Positions 35,373-49,286 of a stretch of 64,000 nt of DNA are shown here, piece by piece; the stretch's first letter is position 1, and the number at the start of each line of letters is the position of its first letter. A model generated the notes under the pieces. That model made no database searches, was not told the DNA's origin, and saw nothing but the letters and a program-made list of their open reading frames with translations. The stretch is from Takakia lepidozioides. Lineage: Eukaryota > Plantae > Bryophyta. Where the stretch lies: assembly GCA_030704615.1 (NCBI GenBank), contig CM060732.1, positions 78,864,001 to 78,928,000 on the forward strand, written 5' to 3'. The position numbers and the translations under genes were made by a program.

Positions 35373-36175
35373 TCAAATCAGACCGGAATTAAATATGCTA
35401 ATCTTGAGCACGCCTTTCAACGCAAGATCAATCGTTTGCCGGCTGCAAACAAAGAAAGATCTTAGTTATTCAAGTGATGAACAACCAGTAGTAAGTGCTT
35501 CGAATGGTGAGTCACGAACATGAATGATCAGGAGATCATAAAGCCCGTGTGGTGACCGTGTGCAAATGCAAATGAAGCAAATCATTGGGGAATTCATAGA
35601 GTGGACAACAATATGGAATTCCCATATATTTGCTGAGAGGATACCTTACAGCATTACAACCAGACCCTCTTGCTGGTTAAATTTCTTCATTGGAATGTCG
35701 CCCCAACATCGGATCATGAAATTACCTGCCAAATTCTACACAAAACTGCTATCCTAATCCGAGGAATCTCTGAAAAATCCTCGCGTCCACTCAACTCACG
35801 CACAAACTCTCTGATCAAACAAACCCAAGAAAAACCCAGGGCAAGTCAACTAAAATCAGCTTGTATCACCACCACCACATCAACAAAAAAATCTTGCGTG
35901 CATACATACCTCACACAACAGAATTGCCGAGAACTCAATCCTCCCAAAACCCCATCTGGAGACTCTACATTTGCGGGCCAGAGATGCACTGCTGCAGGAG
36001 ATCCGAATAGGCCCGATTCCCTTTGTGAAGACATTAGATTTGTGCTTCAGTGGGATTCTCGTATCCGTTACGATGTGCTGATAGGGGAAAATGTAACTTC
36101 TCTGGCAATCACATCCTCATTTACACAGCACGTACAAGCTTTTGGTTGGTGGAAAGAGAGAGTAGGTGCTCGACG

Positions 36176-37048
36176 TAGGGAATTCCAAAAAGGCCTTGAT
36201 GTGAAATGCATTGCAATTCACATTATCACCCCCTAAAAGTGCGCAATTCAATTGAACTAACCCTAATTTGCAATTCAATTGAATTGTCGGCACACGATTC
36301 AATTGAATTGCGAATTGACAATTCAATTGAATTGCGAATTGGCATGATATCAATGTAAGAGTATCAACGTGTAAAAGTTTGATATATTAAACTTATATGG
36401 AACACACAACCCAACTTCAACATGATACCTTTGTAAGGGTATTGAAATTTTTGATAATTCTAAAGATGAACATGTTTTTTGTTTTCTTTGTCCGGGCCAG
36501 ATACTAGTGTTAGGGGACTACATGGTGATGCAGGGGAAGCCTTTCATCAATTGTCAGGTTTGATTTTGTCTGTTTTTTTCGGAGCCAGCCATGTTTCTTT
36601 TGCCAGTGAATCACAGGAAGCTGCTAATCTCTCTCCCTATCTGGCTCTCCCTTTCTGGCTGAGGCTGTCTGGCTTCACAACTCCACAATTTCCTCAAGGG
36701 CACAAGAAAGAGGGCTAGCAAGAATAGACGGGCAACATGTATTTTTAGCTTATACTCTTATATGTGTATAAATATAATTTGAATATATACATATACATAT
36801 ATATTATATATTATATACAAAAATAAGTTAAAAATTATAGATTACAATTCAATTGAATTGTGAATTTGCAATTGAATTGAATTGTCAATTCGCAATTCAA
36901 TTGAATCGTGTGCCGACAATTCAATTGAATTGCAAATTAGGGTTAGTTCAATTGAATTGCCCTTGCAATTCAATTGCATTGCGCACTTTTAGGGGGTGAT
37001 CAAGTGAATTGCGATGCATTTCACATAAGGCCTTTTTGGAATTCCCTA
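36176..37048. mobile_element. Non-autonomous hAT-type foldback element
   Basis: Ends TAGGGAATTCCAAAAAGGCCTT / AAGGCCTTTTTGGAATTCCCTA, inverted arms of ~170-200 bp, and a perfect 8-bp TSD GCTCGACG (36168-36175 and 37049-37056). Confidence 0.92.
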
Positions 37049-37971
37049 GCTCGACGTGTGAGGCTGTCGTCCCCCAGGTATCTTATTACTTGCCTTCCTC
37101 GTCATCTACCCACAGGATCAGCACATGGATTGATTAAATGGCAGCAGACGTAGCAAGAGAATCAAATTTCCGAATCAGAGTTTTGACACAGTCCCGGTAG
37201 GGCACAGGCTCCAAAGTTCCTCAACCCCTGCGGAAGGTCCCCACGAGACTTCGTTTGCCGTAGCCGATTGTGGTGAGAGAGAAATGAAATGAAATGGTGC
37301 TTTATAAGGTCCACGGGAAGCTCGTAGAGCTTATGGGACAAAATGGAAGAAAACATGAGAGGAACAAATCCAAAAACCAAGAATAACAATTAATGTTCTA
37401 GCGATTGTCTAAGGGTGAAGGCCTCGTACAGGTAGGCTGCCAAGCATTGCCAGCCAAGCAAGAGAGAGAGAGAGAGAGAGTTATAGGTTGTGCTTGCAAT
37501 AGGCTTTAAGGAGGATTGCCCCACACCCAGTTTGGACCAAGCAAATGGGGAGGGAGAAGAGGAGCAGGAAGATTTAGTTGTCCACATTCAAGGGTTCAAA
37601 TGAGGATAGCAAGTTCTTCTACCCGGACAAAGACAAGCAATTGCCAAAGAGTCATGTCAATGTTGGATGATGCTGAAGTCAGGCTCCATCAAAGTAGGGA
37701 GCAAGTGGGAGGGGCTCTTGATGAAGTGTAAAAAAGGGTAAACACACAGAAGGGATGGAAGGAGTGTCTCCTAATGCGCAACCCCACAAACTTTCAAGGA
37801 CCGCCTACCTAGCACAATAACAGGGTTATCAGAGGAAGATTTTAAAGCAACGAATCGGATATCCACCATGAACTACTGCTACTTTTCATTAGATGTACAC
37901 AGATAACATAATGCCCCTCCATTTTTGTGGACAAGCTCGAATGATGTAAAGCATCTCTCCAACAGATGAAT

Positions 37972-40900
37972 CTAAAGTTCTTGGCTGTCAAGGTCAGGTC
38001 TGACTGGATAGTCAAGACCTTGCAATGGCATCTTCCTCAAGTCTTCTTCCGCATAGAGGGGGAGCAACCAGTAAGACTTCCTTGTGCCAAACACCTGCCA
38101 AACCACCCCCAATACGAATGAGAAGTGGAAGCCACAATGTGGATGACTGGCCTATCCAGTTGTTACATCTCGGGAACAGAATTGGGCTATCTTGTTCATG
38201 TGAACCTCACCATCCCATCTGCGGATTTGCCTCACTTCCCTTCAAGCTTACTACAAGACAACTGAAAAGGTAATCCCCTGGACATACTGGACCAATGCTC
38301 AACTGGCCGAGCTACTAAATGCCCATGCAGAATAGACTTGATCTTTCCTCTGCTATATTATTTAAATTTTCAGAGGAACTATGAATGGGGAAGGACAGAT
38401 CAAAAACTCTCTCAATTGGAGCCACTCAATACATCACCCACCTGCTCAAAGTTCCTTTTCCAACCCACATCAAATCTCCATCTCGTGGCTGCTTTCTTTT
38501 CGTATGCCTGGCACACAACGATTGTGAATTGCTCAAACTTACTAGACATTAGATGTCCAATTACAAAGAGTTTGCTGATTCGATTTCCAGTACATAATCC
38601 AAAATATTAAGCTCTGATGTATGTTTATCAAATTTCTGATCTGCATGCCCTATGATCTTTGAATCTTCGTGTCAGCTCCATCTGTCTGGAGGGTATCTTG
38701 TTTTGCGGAACAAATCTGGCTTCTCGTGATGACCAATATCTCAGCCCACAAAAATAGAAAATGAAGGAAACTTGAACCAACATAAAGGAGATGACATACC
38801 TCAATAGTAGTTGTATTGCCAGCAACCAGAGATATATGCATTATGAGGAAGCCCAGCACACTTAGTGCAAATGCCAGATTCAGCACTGTAGCCCACAAAT
38901 ACTGACCTCTGGTCAATACAACTTGCATCTTGCAGTCAGAACATCCACTATCATTTACAAGGATGTTAATGATAAAGTTAAAGAAGGGTGAGACCAAAGC
39001 GACACCTGAGGGACAGCCATCCTGCATCCCTGGGCACCACTCTCTCTCAGTGGCAAGGGCAAAGCTCTGGGGCTCACTAAATTTTTCCGCTGCAGAGGGG
39101 TCAACTCTGAGGTTAAGAAAACCATGCTTTGTCGCGTTATTAGACCTGCCTTGGAGTACGGATCTGCTATATGGGTTGATAACTCCAACCAGGCTAAGTC
39201 TCTAGAATCCATTCAAGTGGGGGTGCTTAAGGAGTGTATGTCAGCATGCTCCAAAACAGCCAATGTGGCTGTTCGGGGTGAGTTTGGCGTTCTGTCCTTA
39301 AGCTCCCGACGAGATGAATTCAAGGTCAGATGGTGGGGTCAGCTGCAACATATGCTCAACACCAGATATCCCAAGTTAATCGACTCTATATCTTGGAAAC
39401 AGGACCGCCCTGTCAAACCGGCTAAGTCCTGGCAGAAGAGAGTAGAAGAGATCCTCAAGGACCTGGACCTGGATCCACAAGTCTTGACCCTGCTGGATAA
39501 ATCTGACTTAGAGGCTGTAGTGTCCTCAGCCATGTCTGTTGCCATGAGATTGTCTGATGAAAATGAAGTTAGGCAGAAAACTTCCTGAACTTGTTTCCAG
39601 TCTGTGACATGGGGGAGGACATCTTGGATGACCTCAAGGGTCTACCCACTCTCGGCACTAGACTGAAATTTAAACTCAGGGCAGGAAGCCTACCTTTGAA
39701 CAGCAAACAGAAGCAGAGAGGAAAGGGAGAGTGCAATTGCCCGTTGTGTGGGCAATCTGAAGACAGTATCTGATACACTGTCCGGGGTTCTCTCACCAAA
39801 GAGACGCTCTCTTCAAATCTATTGAGGGAATTGTGCCTGTACCCCTGTTTACCAACTTTGAAAGTCTCGAGGCTGAGCCAAAAGCCCAGGCCCTCCTGAG
39901 GCCTAGTTTTTGGGCTAATCACACACAGCAGATGCTTGTGTGAAGGGATTTCTAGAGGATATCTGGAAAACCCGGATTAATTCTTATATGGAGGTAAGTT
40001 TACTACCAACGTCAGCCCCTGACAGAGGTAGGTTCTGTCCCTTTTGTTCCCGCTCAAACTGGGCGCGGGGTCAATGGCCACAAGGCTACGGCAAACAACG
40101 TCTTATGAGTACAATCTCTCTCAGTGGCTATCCGCCAAACTGGCCGCGGGTTAAGGTACTGCAAACAACATCTTACGAGTACATTCTCTCTCTGTGAACT
40201 GCTTCCAAACTGTGCACAGGGACAAGGCAAACAAGGCTACGGCAAGCAAAGTGTTTCAGTTACTCAGCCAAGGGGGGTGATCTCTCCCTCTCTCACACAC
40301 ACCCACACATTTGGTGATCCCTTAGGCGTAGATTTGAAAAACATGGTCAAGATGCAGTACTTCCTTACCCAAAAAAAGGAAAGAGATAGAGAAATACGAA
40401 CCGAAACTAAGGAAGGTGGTGGCGAGAGTGCTGGGAAGAGAGGCTTCTTCCTCCACATCACTGAAGAAAGCAATGAAGTGCGGGAGCAGGGCTCCAGTAA
40501 CTAATGTAGTCTCCAAGAATGTATACAGCTGCATCAGTCCACCTCCTGTCAGAGATTCTTTTATAGACTTGCTTGTAGCTTCCGTGTGAGCTTGTAATCC
40601 TAGGACCATCCTGGGCATCTGAAGTTTATTCATCGCTTAAATGTCACAGGTAGAAGTGGCTTCTTTACATTGTCCCTTAACTTCACACGGAGACACCTAA
40701 AGGTGGGTTATGTGCCAAGTGGACTGGATGATCCCGAGCTCAGGAAGGGATGGCTGCTCCTCAGCCAGTCCCTGGACATGACAATCTTCAAAGATTGGAA
40801 TGAAAGCAGCACTTACGAGGAAAAGAAGAAAGAATTTGTAATTATGAGCTCCAACACAGTTGACCACCCAGACACAATGGTGATCCATCTTCAGGATGCA

Positions 40901-42217
40901 CCGGTTACCTATCCAATGTGACCCCATCCCATCCACCCCACCCCATAAGTACTGTGCAAAAATCTCTCGCCTCCATGACATATCTCTGAAGTACAAGGTA
41001 CTTGAAAATGGGGGGAATCATTGTAAGACAGCTAACTACTGTTCCAATACGTCATCCTGGTAGTCCTACAATGATTGTTGATTAGTAAAAGCCCGGAAAA
41101 CCTAAGTATCCACTCCACAAAACCTGCCATGTCAACACCTTACAATGGCATGTGAACTTTCAAGGACAAGAAAACTTTGCTCCCTATCCAGGAATGCTTA
41201 ATGAGTTGAGGTGCACAGTGACTGACTGTTCAATGCACAGTGGCTTCACATTTTAAAATTGCACTTATATTAGCAAGAACTAAAAGAGAGTATCACAGTA
41301 ACCTGAACAGAACCCTCACAATAAAAGCAACCTCCTAGCCAAGATTTACTCAGTAAGTTGACGGTAATCACTCTGGCAGCAGCACAAGCAATGCAGTAGC
41401 GAGACCACCTCCGTATCCAACAGCGCTTTAATATTCTTCAAGGAAAAACTTACAGACAGAGCAATGGTGGCAGCGTGGAGGCTTGTACTGGCAGCATTTG
41501 CGGCAGTAACGCACACGAGGATTCTGATGCACTGATGTACCCATTGTCGGCATACTCAAACTTGATGGGGGAGGGGTGGGTGTTGAAGCCAGTGGCATTG
41601 TCTGAACCTCCAAATCCTCTTCCTCAGAAACAGGCCGCCAAGATTGTGGAACACCACCCGGGTCCGTCATGACCACCGAAAAATAGCACCATAATAGCAT
41701 CACTAACTACACCCACATGTTGGACCTGATTAGATGGTGGAGAGTAATACTGTGGAGGTAACACATATCATGTATAGACAAGGTGTACATCCAGAATGGA
41801 GCCAACTTGTGGATTTGCCCCCTCAAAAAACACTGCTCCATCTACCAATTTACTACAGAGTGAAGAGCATCACAAAGCAGAAACTGTCCCAACTTCAGAA
41901 AGCAATAAGCTTCCGCCATGCGGAGAAAGTAGCACCAAACAGAAGGTGGTCCAGCCACAAATGTGACTCAAGGTCACTGACAATATGGGCATCAGAAACA
42001 GGAGGGCAGAGGGAAGAGAGAAACATACCAATCCATGGAAAAGGATGAGGACAAGTAGGGCAACTGCAGTTTCAGAGCCGCCCTTCAAGACTTCTGGTGC
42101 ATAGAAGCAGATGACAACTGAATAGTAGGAAACCCCAACCACAGCAAGGACCACCAGAATCATGAGGGATCCCACCACCTTCAGACCAGTGCAAAACTGG
42201 AACACATTCCATGCCAT
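37972..42217 (-). CDS. DHHC protein S-acyltransferase (PAT13/PAT14-like). Exons 42217-42029, 41706-41454, 40908-40817, 40528-40402, 38885-38800, 38507-38442 and 38094-37972
   Basis: [68 protein letters not shown]. Splice phases are consistent. Confidence 0.95.
39120..40250 (+). mobile_element. 5'-truncated LINE (3' end of ORF2), antisense in intron 4 of the PAT gene
   Basis: [13 protein letters not shown]...LESIQ...[10 protein letters not shown] (post-RT region) and [12 protein letters not shown]...[11 protein letters not shown] (zinc knuckle), with stops and frameshifts. Confidence 0.85.
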
Positions 42218-44154
42218 TGTGAGGCGAGGCCGAAAAAGTACTGCCAGCAACGCTGCCCAGTTGCGGCCGCCCCCGTTTCCGAAACCCCTCTTCAAAGATT
42301 TCCACGCCAGGTTGCCTGCCTTTGGTGCTGACAATAATTACTATCTAAACAATGTATGTCTTTGAGTCCCTCTGAAATCCAACTCCGATTCCCCTCATTC
42401 AAACACAATCTGCTCCATGCTTCCACGTGCCTGTGTTGGCCTGTCTACCTATGTAACTAAGTGAAGATTGGTGACTGATGTGTGAAGTGCAACCAAAACA
42501 AACCCCCAGCGTTTCTTATATGAGGAAATGCTCAATCTTTTGTAGTCACCTCCCATGAGCTTCAGGTTCATACCTCTGATTGCATCGCACCGGCGCATTC
42601 ATTTCTCAAACGATATCGAACCCTGCTACCTCAAATATGATCCACTGCCCAATTGATACACAAAAGTCTGTAAACATACTTCAGAGGTCTTCACTTTCAC
42701 TCCAACTCTTGACCCAAAACGTTCTTGTGCCGAAAGAGACTTAGCAGGCATGCCCGAGAACTATACGTGTGCCCGAGTGAGAGAAGGAAAAAGGCATGTA
42801 AAGTATACACGACGAATCTGCACAACAGGACAAGAACGACACAATTCATACCAAAAACAATTGTCAAATGCACCCTTTCAACACAGTGATTGAAAGGACC
42901 ACAAGGTACATGCATATTATACAAGTAGAGCTCCACAAATGCGAAACCTACAACAATAGAGCACAGTAACCCGCAGACAAAGGCCGCGATAACACTCACC
43001 CACACCAGTGCCTGGGAGACACTCAACTAGCACATCATTTAGGTCCACCTCAGGCTCTCCTTCACCCACAGAAGAAACCCACAACAGACCAGTCTTTTCC
43101 CTGCAAATCAAAGACCTCTTCCAATGCATACCTAGATCCCAGGCACTCCTACCCATCAATCAAGCATGTGTCCTCTTCCAACAGTTCCAGCTTCGCCACG
43201 CAGGGAACCACACTGGGTCCCGCCAGACAGCACTTATATACACAGGTACAGGATCTCTGGTACACTCGGGATTTCTTTCTTCGCATATCGTAGACTTCGT
43301 TCAATCCTATCACTGTTTGCCCGGCCTTCCACAATCAGTTTGGTTCATTGCGCATTCCGCAGTGTAGAGTCTTTCGCAGGGTTTCTCAATCGACATCTGA
43401 CTTCCAATACATATCTATTGATCACAGTGTCTGAATGTGTTGGCACTTTCTGAGACACCTAATCATGGGGTATTCTTGTCTGATTGCCCCATCAACACTC
43501 TGGTCCTAGCCGGACATTTATAGTCATGCTCAAAGGCCTTTCTTTCTTCTTGTTTATAGGTGTCTGAAGTGTGCTTTGATTCCAGTTACAGAGGTATTAT
43601 CACATCTCATCTCATGGCAAAAAAGAGAAGCACTTTAGCTGGCCTCCAGTTGAATGTGAAGGGAACAGCAGAGGCCAAGCAGGAGCATGGTGGTTGAAGG
43701 CAGAGGGCAACCAGAAGATGGATAGAAGCATTGGTGCTGCTGTCACTGACCACTGTCAGGCCTTTGGCAATCTGGAGCTTGGGTGTTCCTTTGTATCTTC
43801 ATCGTGCTGGTTTTGGATATTTGAAGCTTAGACTAGCTGCTTATGTGTCGAGACCATCAGGACTTGTTTTAGTATACTTATTCTAAGACATCCATTTGAG
43901 CCTCATCCGGCTCAGCTCACTCATACCAGAAGGGGGTGGCTGGTTCAGAAAGATTTGATTTATATAATGAAGCCCCAATTGCACTGCTTGGAATAATAAA
44001 ACAAAACCTCTGTAAGACCCTTCTCTCGAGAGTCCAATGTGATGGTGAATGAAAAGAATCTCATAGAGAGAAAAATAATCTACAAGATTCAAGTATTTAA
44101 TTGGTTCGTGTACAAGCTGCTGTCCAACCAAACCTCGGACGGCGACACTACAGC

Positions 44155-47100
44155 TTAATGGTAGTTAACAACACCCCGACCCTCCACGCTGATCTTGGAT
44201 GCTTGCAGATTCTTCTTCTTTGGAGTCTTCAGTTGTTGCAGTTTCTTGTTCATCTGTAGTGGTATTAAAAAATAATCCAGACGTTCCACTTTAACAAACA
44301 GGAATGCAGTTTAAACACTGACATCGTCATTGACTAGAAACATGATGTTGCAGCACTGCTTTTGTCTGCCTTGGTACTAATGTGAGTGTGTGCATGGGAC
44401 GAGGTTTTCCCTTCCTCACAAAAGGAAAAATAAAAGAGAGAAGGTGCAGTCTCTACCTTTGACCGCTTCTCATCTTGCCTCAGCTGCTTGGCACGAATGC
44501 GTACATCATCAGGATTCACCTTTGACTCAGGTCGCCTCACGAAATCGAGTGGGAGTGCCTCAGGTCTGGAGGCATGCTGTCGATAGCCAACCTCCCCAGG
44601 TTTTGGCTCCCTGCAAAATTTATGTTGGATGATGCTGAATAATCTCATCTTCATAAAGTAAAGAATCGTGACAGCAGATGCAGAAGTTTTTCTGTTGTGT
44701 AGTTTCTTAAAAAGAGTTTCCTTGCAGAGGCATACGGTTGGAAGTGGAGAAATCACTCACTCTGATTGGTGCACCATATCAAGGTCATCTCCTCTCTCCA
44801 TAAGCCTCGGCTTGGAGATGGGCCTGTACATGGAGCAAAAGGACATCAACAAAATGGACTGTCAGACGCCAATAAAGACACCTTGAAGATAATCCTGGAA
44901 TTGGTACTCCAAAGCTGAAACTGAAGCACCTCACTAGTTTTAAGTCACACTAATATGAGAGTGGACACACACTTGACAGGGAAAAGAGCGGAATATATTT
45001 TCCAACATACAACACAGCATATCTGCATCATGGGTTACTAGCATTGCCTAGACCTATGGCACCAAACAGATGACTAGACTGGACCAGTTTACTTCAGTTC
45101 CCAGTATCTACTAGTTGCAGGTCTCAGGCAAAAGCCACCTGCACATGCTGGCTGAAGGTCATTGTAACCAATGCTTAAGGACAGGGACGCTGAAGGAATA
45201 TATGAAGACTAGACTCACTTTTTCACTGGTGTTCTTCTTGGTTGAGGTCTATCCTCATCGTAGCTCCGAAGATCCTCATACCGTGTACTCTTCTGGAAAA
45301 TAGGACGGCTCTGTGTGCATAGACAGAGAAACAGCATAAATAAGTGAGGAGTCAGGGTGAATGTTGCTTGAACAATCACGACACCTAATACAAGTTGGAC
45401 AGAACATCCTGGTGATATGTCTTCCTGAAGAAGGCAAAAAGCATCCTTGCGTTCAGAGGCCTCTTCAAAGATTTTCTCTCAAATCTGCTCCTTGAAATAT
45501 GTATGATAGAGTAGTTAGATCTATGTCAATAGGTACATACCCACTTATCCACCAAGTCTCTAGATAATTTCTTGTTCAAGGGGGTCTCCTCTGGTAGTTT
45601 TGACAGAAACATAACCACCTGTAGCCCCCCAACGTTCCAAAAGAGCCCCACTTCACATCAGGCATCGTCGTTGTGCATACATAACATAATAAACAGTGTA
45701 CTTAAAGCAGGGCCAACATCAAGATGATACCTGCTGCAAGTAACATTGATACCATTGACCCTTCAGCATAAAATGTAATTCTATTGAAGCAAGCCAGTGG
45801 GTGGTGAAAAATCACTCCTACTCATATGCCACAATGCCAGAATGTATACCTCAAAAGTGGTGTGACCCTCTTCTCACATGAGTATGAACTGACTGACGAT
45901 GGCTTTCTGAACGTCAGATATACAAGAGCAAGACAAACGATGCACCGACCTTCCCAAGGCCACTCTTCTTGAGCTGCTCACGCCTCTCAAATAGCTCAAC
46001 GTCAATCGGCAACTGCATTGCACCCCGACAAGGCTCTCTTAGCGTTGGAGAACTAAAGACTGAAAAAAATATTAGCAAGTATATGTACTCTTGCTTGAGA
46101 GTAAACCAATGTCTTTGTTTCCAAAAGAAATCTCAGGCACCTAGATTTACAGAAAAAGCTCAACATTTGACAAAATCTCTGCGCACTCATAGACCTATCC
46201 ATCACAAGAAACAAAAAAATTCGAATCTGCTCCCTGAGACCAGAGTTATTGCATTTATCTCCATTTTAAGGACAATGTGAACAGTGGGCTTACATCAGTC
46301 AGTAGCCTGAGAAGGGCAGTGCGGATGTTGATGTTTGGTAATGAACCATCTGGTAGTGGCTCCAGCCAGTTCTTGAGTGATGAAAGCACTCCCCGATCCA
46401 AAAACTCCTGCTGCAGCTGTCGCCTGCAATCCAATCCAATCAAATTTTCATATGTTGACCTTCAGTTTGTCAATATGCTTCCTATTAAAGAACAAGCAAA
46501 CCCCTAATAGGAACCTCTTCCTTCCACATATATTAGTAGCAAAGATCTGGCTAACGAGGTTTCTTCCACTCCCATTCAATAACTTGTATCTTTGTGCCTA
46601 CTATTACAATACCAAGGGCAGGGCACATTATGTCTTACTTCTCAAGCACATTCAATAGTTCAGGAAGCATCTTAAGCTTCTCAATAGCAGGTTTTGACGC
46701 ACGGTTGAGGTCAGCGTCAGTCTCAGCTGCAACATCCAGCTTCGCCATGAACTGCTCCACAAACATCGCAATCTCCTCAGGTGTCCGCTCAAACTTTTTG
46801 CGCCTTTTCCCACCTTTGAACAGCTTGACCAGTTCATCCTCATCCTCTTCTTCGGCTTCCTCTGCCTGCCAACCATATTCCACTTAAGCCACGAGCCAGG
46901 CAGAAATCTTCTTTCACTAAACCCTGTTGGACCACAACAAAATCTTGGGGCAATAGCAAGCGTCGTAACAAACTCACCTTCAGGCCCCATTAATGCTCAC
47001 CCATGTCAAAACTATATCCAAACTCTACTTCCAGTTACAACATAATAGGAAAATACCGATGACAGCAAAACTATTGAACATAAAATTCCATGAAAGGAAA

Positions 47101-48620
47101 CTGATGACATTAATTAGGGAATGTTCAAAGTAAATAGCTGAGAGGGAAAACACGACGTGTAATGGCTGCCAATGAAAAATATAAGCAGCCAACCTACCAC
47201 CAAACCAGAAGGACCAGTAACTGAAGATAGAAGAATAGGGTCACGAAAAACACATCACAAAGCTGGTGTCAACCTGTGGGGCCTCCCCAGCTGAGGCTGC
47301 CTCTCCATCACTGATATAACGATTGTCTCCTTCCACACCTGTGTCATCAATGAAGTTGTGATCCTCATCATCAGGCACACCTTCCTTGTCTTCCTGCTTT
47401 TCACAGTAAAACAACCAAGATTAGCTCAAAGACATTGAGGAAGTAGAACCTTGTCTTGGCCAGTTAAATAGCAGATTCCTGCCAGGTAGAGATATCATCA
47501 TACAAAATATTGACCTACAGCTATGAGATGCCACAGGTGACACGGTTTGAGGCCCCAAGTTGAGTATGTTTAAAGGCATTGGAATCAAACAATCTCCATT
47601 GGTCTCCCTACCCTTTCAGACTCTGATAGCAAGGCAGAAGTGTTCCAAGCTACTTATTATAGGTCTGCAATCAGTTCAGAAACCTTCACAGAAAATGAGA
47701 ACATTTCACGGCTCAAAAGTATTGATCCACTCAACCCTCGTTTTCAAAGAGCTTGCTTTGCGCCAAAATTGTCCGGCCACAGTTTAGGATACACTTGTAC
47801 ATTATAATACCCTAATGCAAGACAGAAGTGATTTACGGGTCCAAATACTTAGGAGATGATAGTAGTTCAATTTGAGCTACAAACACAAACCTTTACGACA
47901 ACAGCCTACAACCACTCTAACTTGTTTGGATGATCATGGGTTACATGTGACTCGTTACAGAAGTGTTTGCGAAGTCAGTCATTTGGACTGCACATCGTCA
48001 GACTGTTCCACGCACGGGCATTGAAAATAATTTATGCGAGGGTTCGTCACTTCTTTGTACTTGCCCGAAAATCCTTTGAGACAAAGAACAAGACGAGAAA
48101 CGAAAGAAATCGTCGAGGGTATTGGCGCACAACCAACCTCTGAATCGTCACCTCCAGCAACTGAGTCCCACATCTCTTTCATCTCCTTCTCCCCTTTCTT
48201 TCCCACATGGTCCAATCCCTGCTTCCCCGAGCCCTTGCTAACTCCCTTAACAAGCCTAGCCAACTTATCCGCTGTGCTCCCAACAGACTTGCGCTTTTTG
48301 CCCTCAGATTTCCCCTGTAAACCCTCCTTGGACTTTCGCACCTTCTTACGGACCTCCCCATCGTCTCTACTCCTGTACCTTCCGGAGCGCTCATCTTCCT
48401 CTGGCGAAGCAGCCTCCACAACGCTCTTCTTCACCAACCGCTTTCTAGGTTTTTCCTTAGGGGTTTCGGTTTCCTCATCGCCGGAGTCAGGTGCTTGCGA
48501 TGCAGAAGGCGAATTCCCCTCCTCCTCCCAGTCATCTTCAAGAGCAACAGGCTCCGGTGTTCCCTCTCTGGACTGCTCATCAGGATCGTACGTCAGTTCC
48601 CCCTCTTCATCCCGCTCCAT
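44155..48620 (-). CDS. IWS1: Transcription elongation factor IWS1/Spn1. Exons 48620-48138, 47393-47274, 46865-46639, 46423-46294, 46012-45950, 45618-45541, 45310-45219, 44823-44761, 44610-44457 and 44253-44155
   Basis: Acidic N-terminus, KPAIEKLKMLP, LKNWLEPLPDGSLPNINIR, EQLKKSGLGKVVMFL, LVDKWSRPIF, KISVEGRG. Confidence 0.95.
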
Positions 48621-49286
48621 GCTTACAGCCTTCCGCACCTCACACTTGCCCAAAAAATTCCACACTACCCAATTTTGTACCAGAAATCTAGCACAGCATG
48701 AGACCGCAATCCACAGCCAAATGACGATGCATTAACTTACGATCTCTTCCGCATCAGAACTCTGCAAATGAGACAAGACAGTGAGCGAGAGAGGCAGCGA
48801 GAGAGAGAGACTCGCCTTCTTCAACTACTCTTCTTTTTCTCCCTTTTTTATTTTATTAATGAATTTTCTGAACACGGGGCAAAAAAGGATTTGGATTCTT
48901 CTTCTATTTATAGACATCCGATCGAACCTCAAGACATATATCAACCGTCCGATCTTTATATTTTGGAGTACCATCTCACGCCGTTAATACTGTACGAATC
49001 AACGATAAGCATGTGACGTCTAAGGTCTCTCTCTACGGCATTTCGACTCAGTTGAGCTAATTATGAGAAATAACGGACCCTGTACTACTAGATGGTCATT
49101 AAAGACGTCGTAATTAATGATTGGGAAGGTTAGGGTTAAGAGGAGGGTTCGAACCCAGAGTCGCATCGCGTGCGAAGGCCGTGACTCCCGCGCTGTGGGG
49201 TGTATACGATTGGTGATGGAGGAGGGAGCGATGGCGGGCGCGAAGACGGCGAGGATGCGGAGAGAGATTTGAAGGCGGAGGCGGGC

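Noticed and set aside
36230-36990. Regularly spaced CAATTCAATTGAATTG repeats resembling a CRISPR array
   Set aside because: Spacers are very short and mirrored, the repeats lie in transposon arms with a TSD, the context is eukaryotic, and there are no cas genes.
42697-43453. Cluster of short ORFs between IWS1 and the PAT gene
   Set aside because: No recognisable domain or consistent exon chain; likely UTR or intergenic sequence.
48034-48735. 233-aa Ser-rich plus-strand ORF
   Set aside because: Antisense shadow of IWS1 exon 1.
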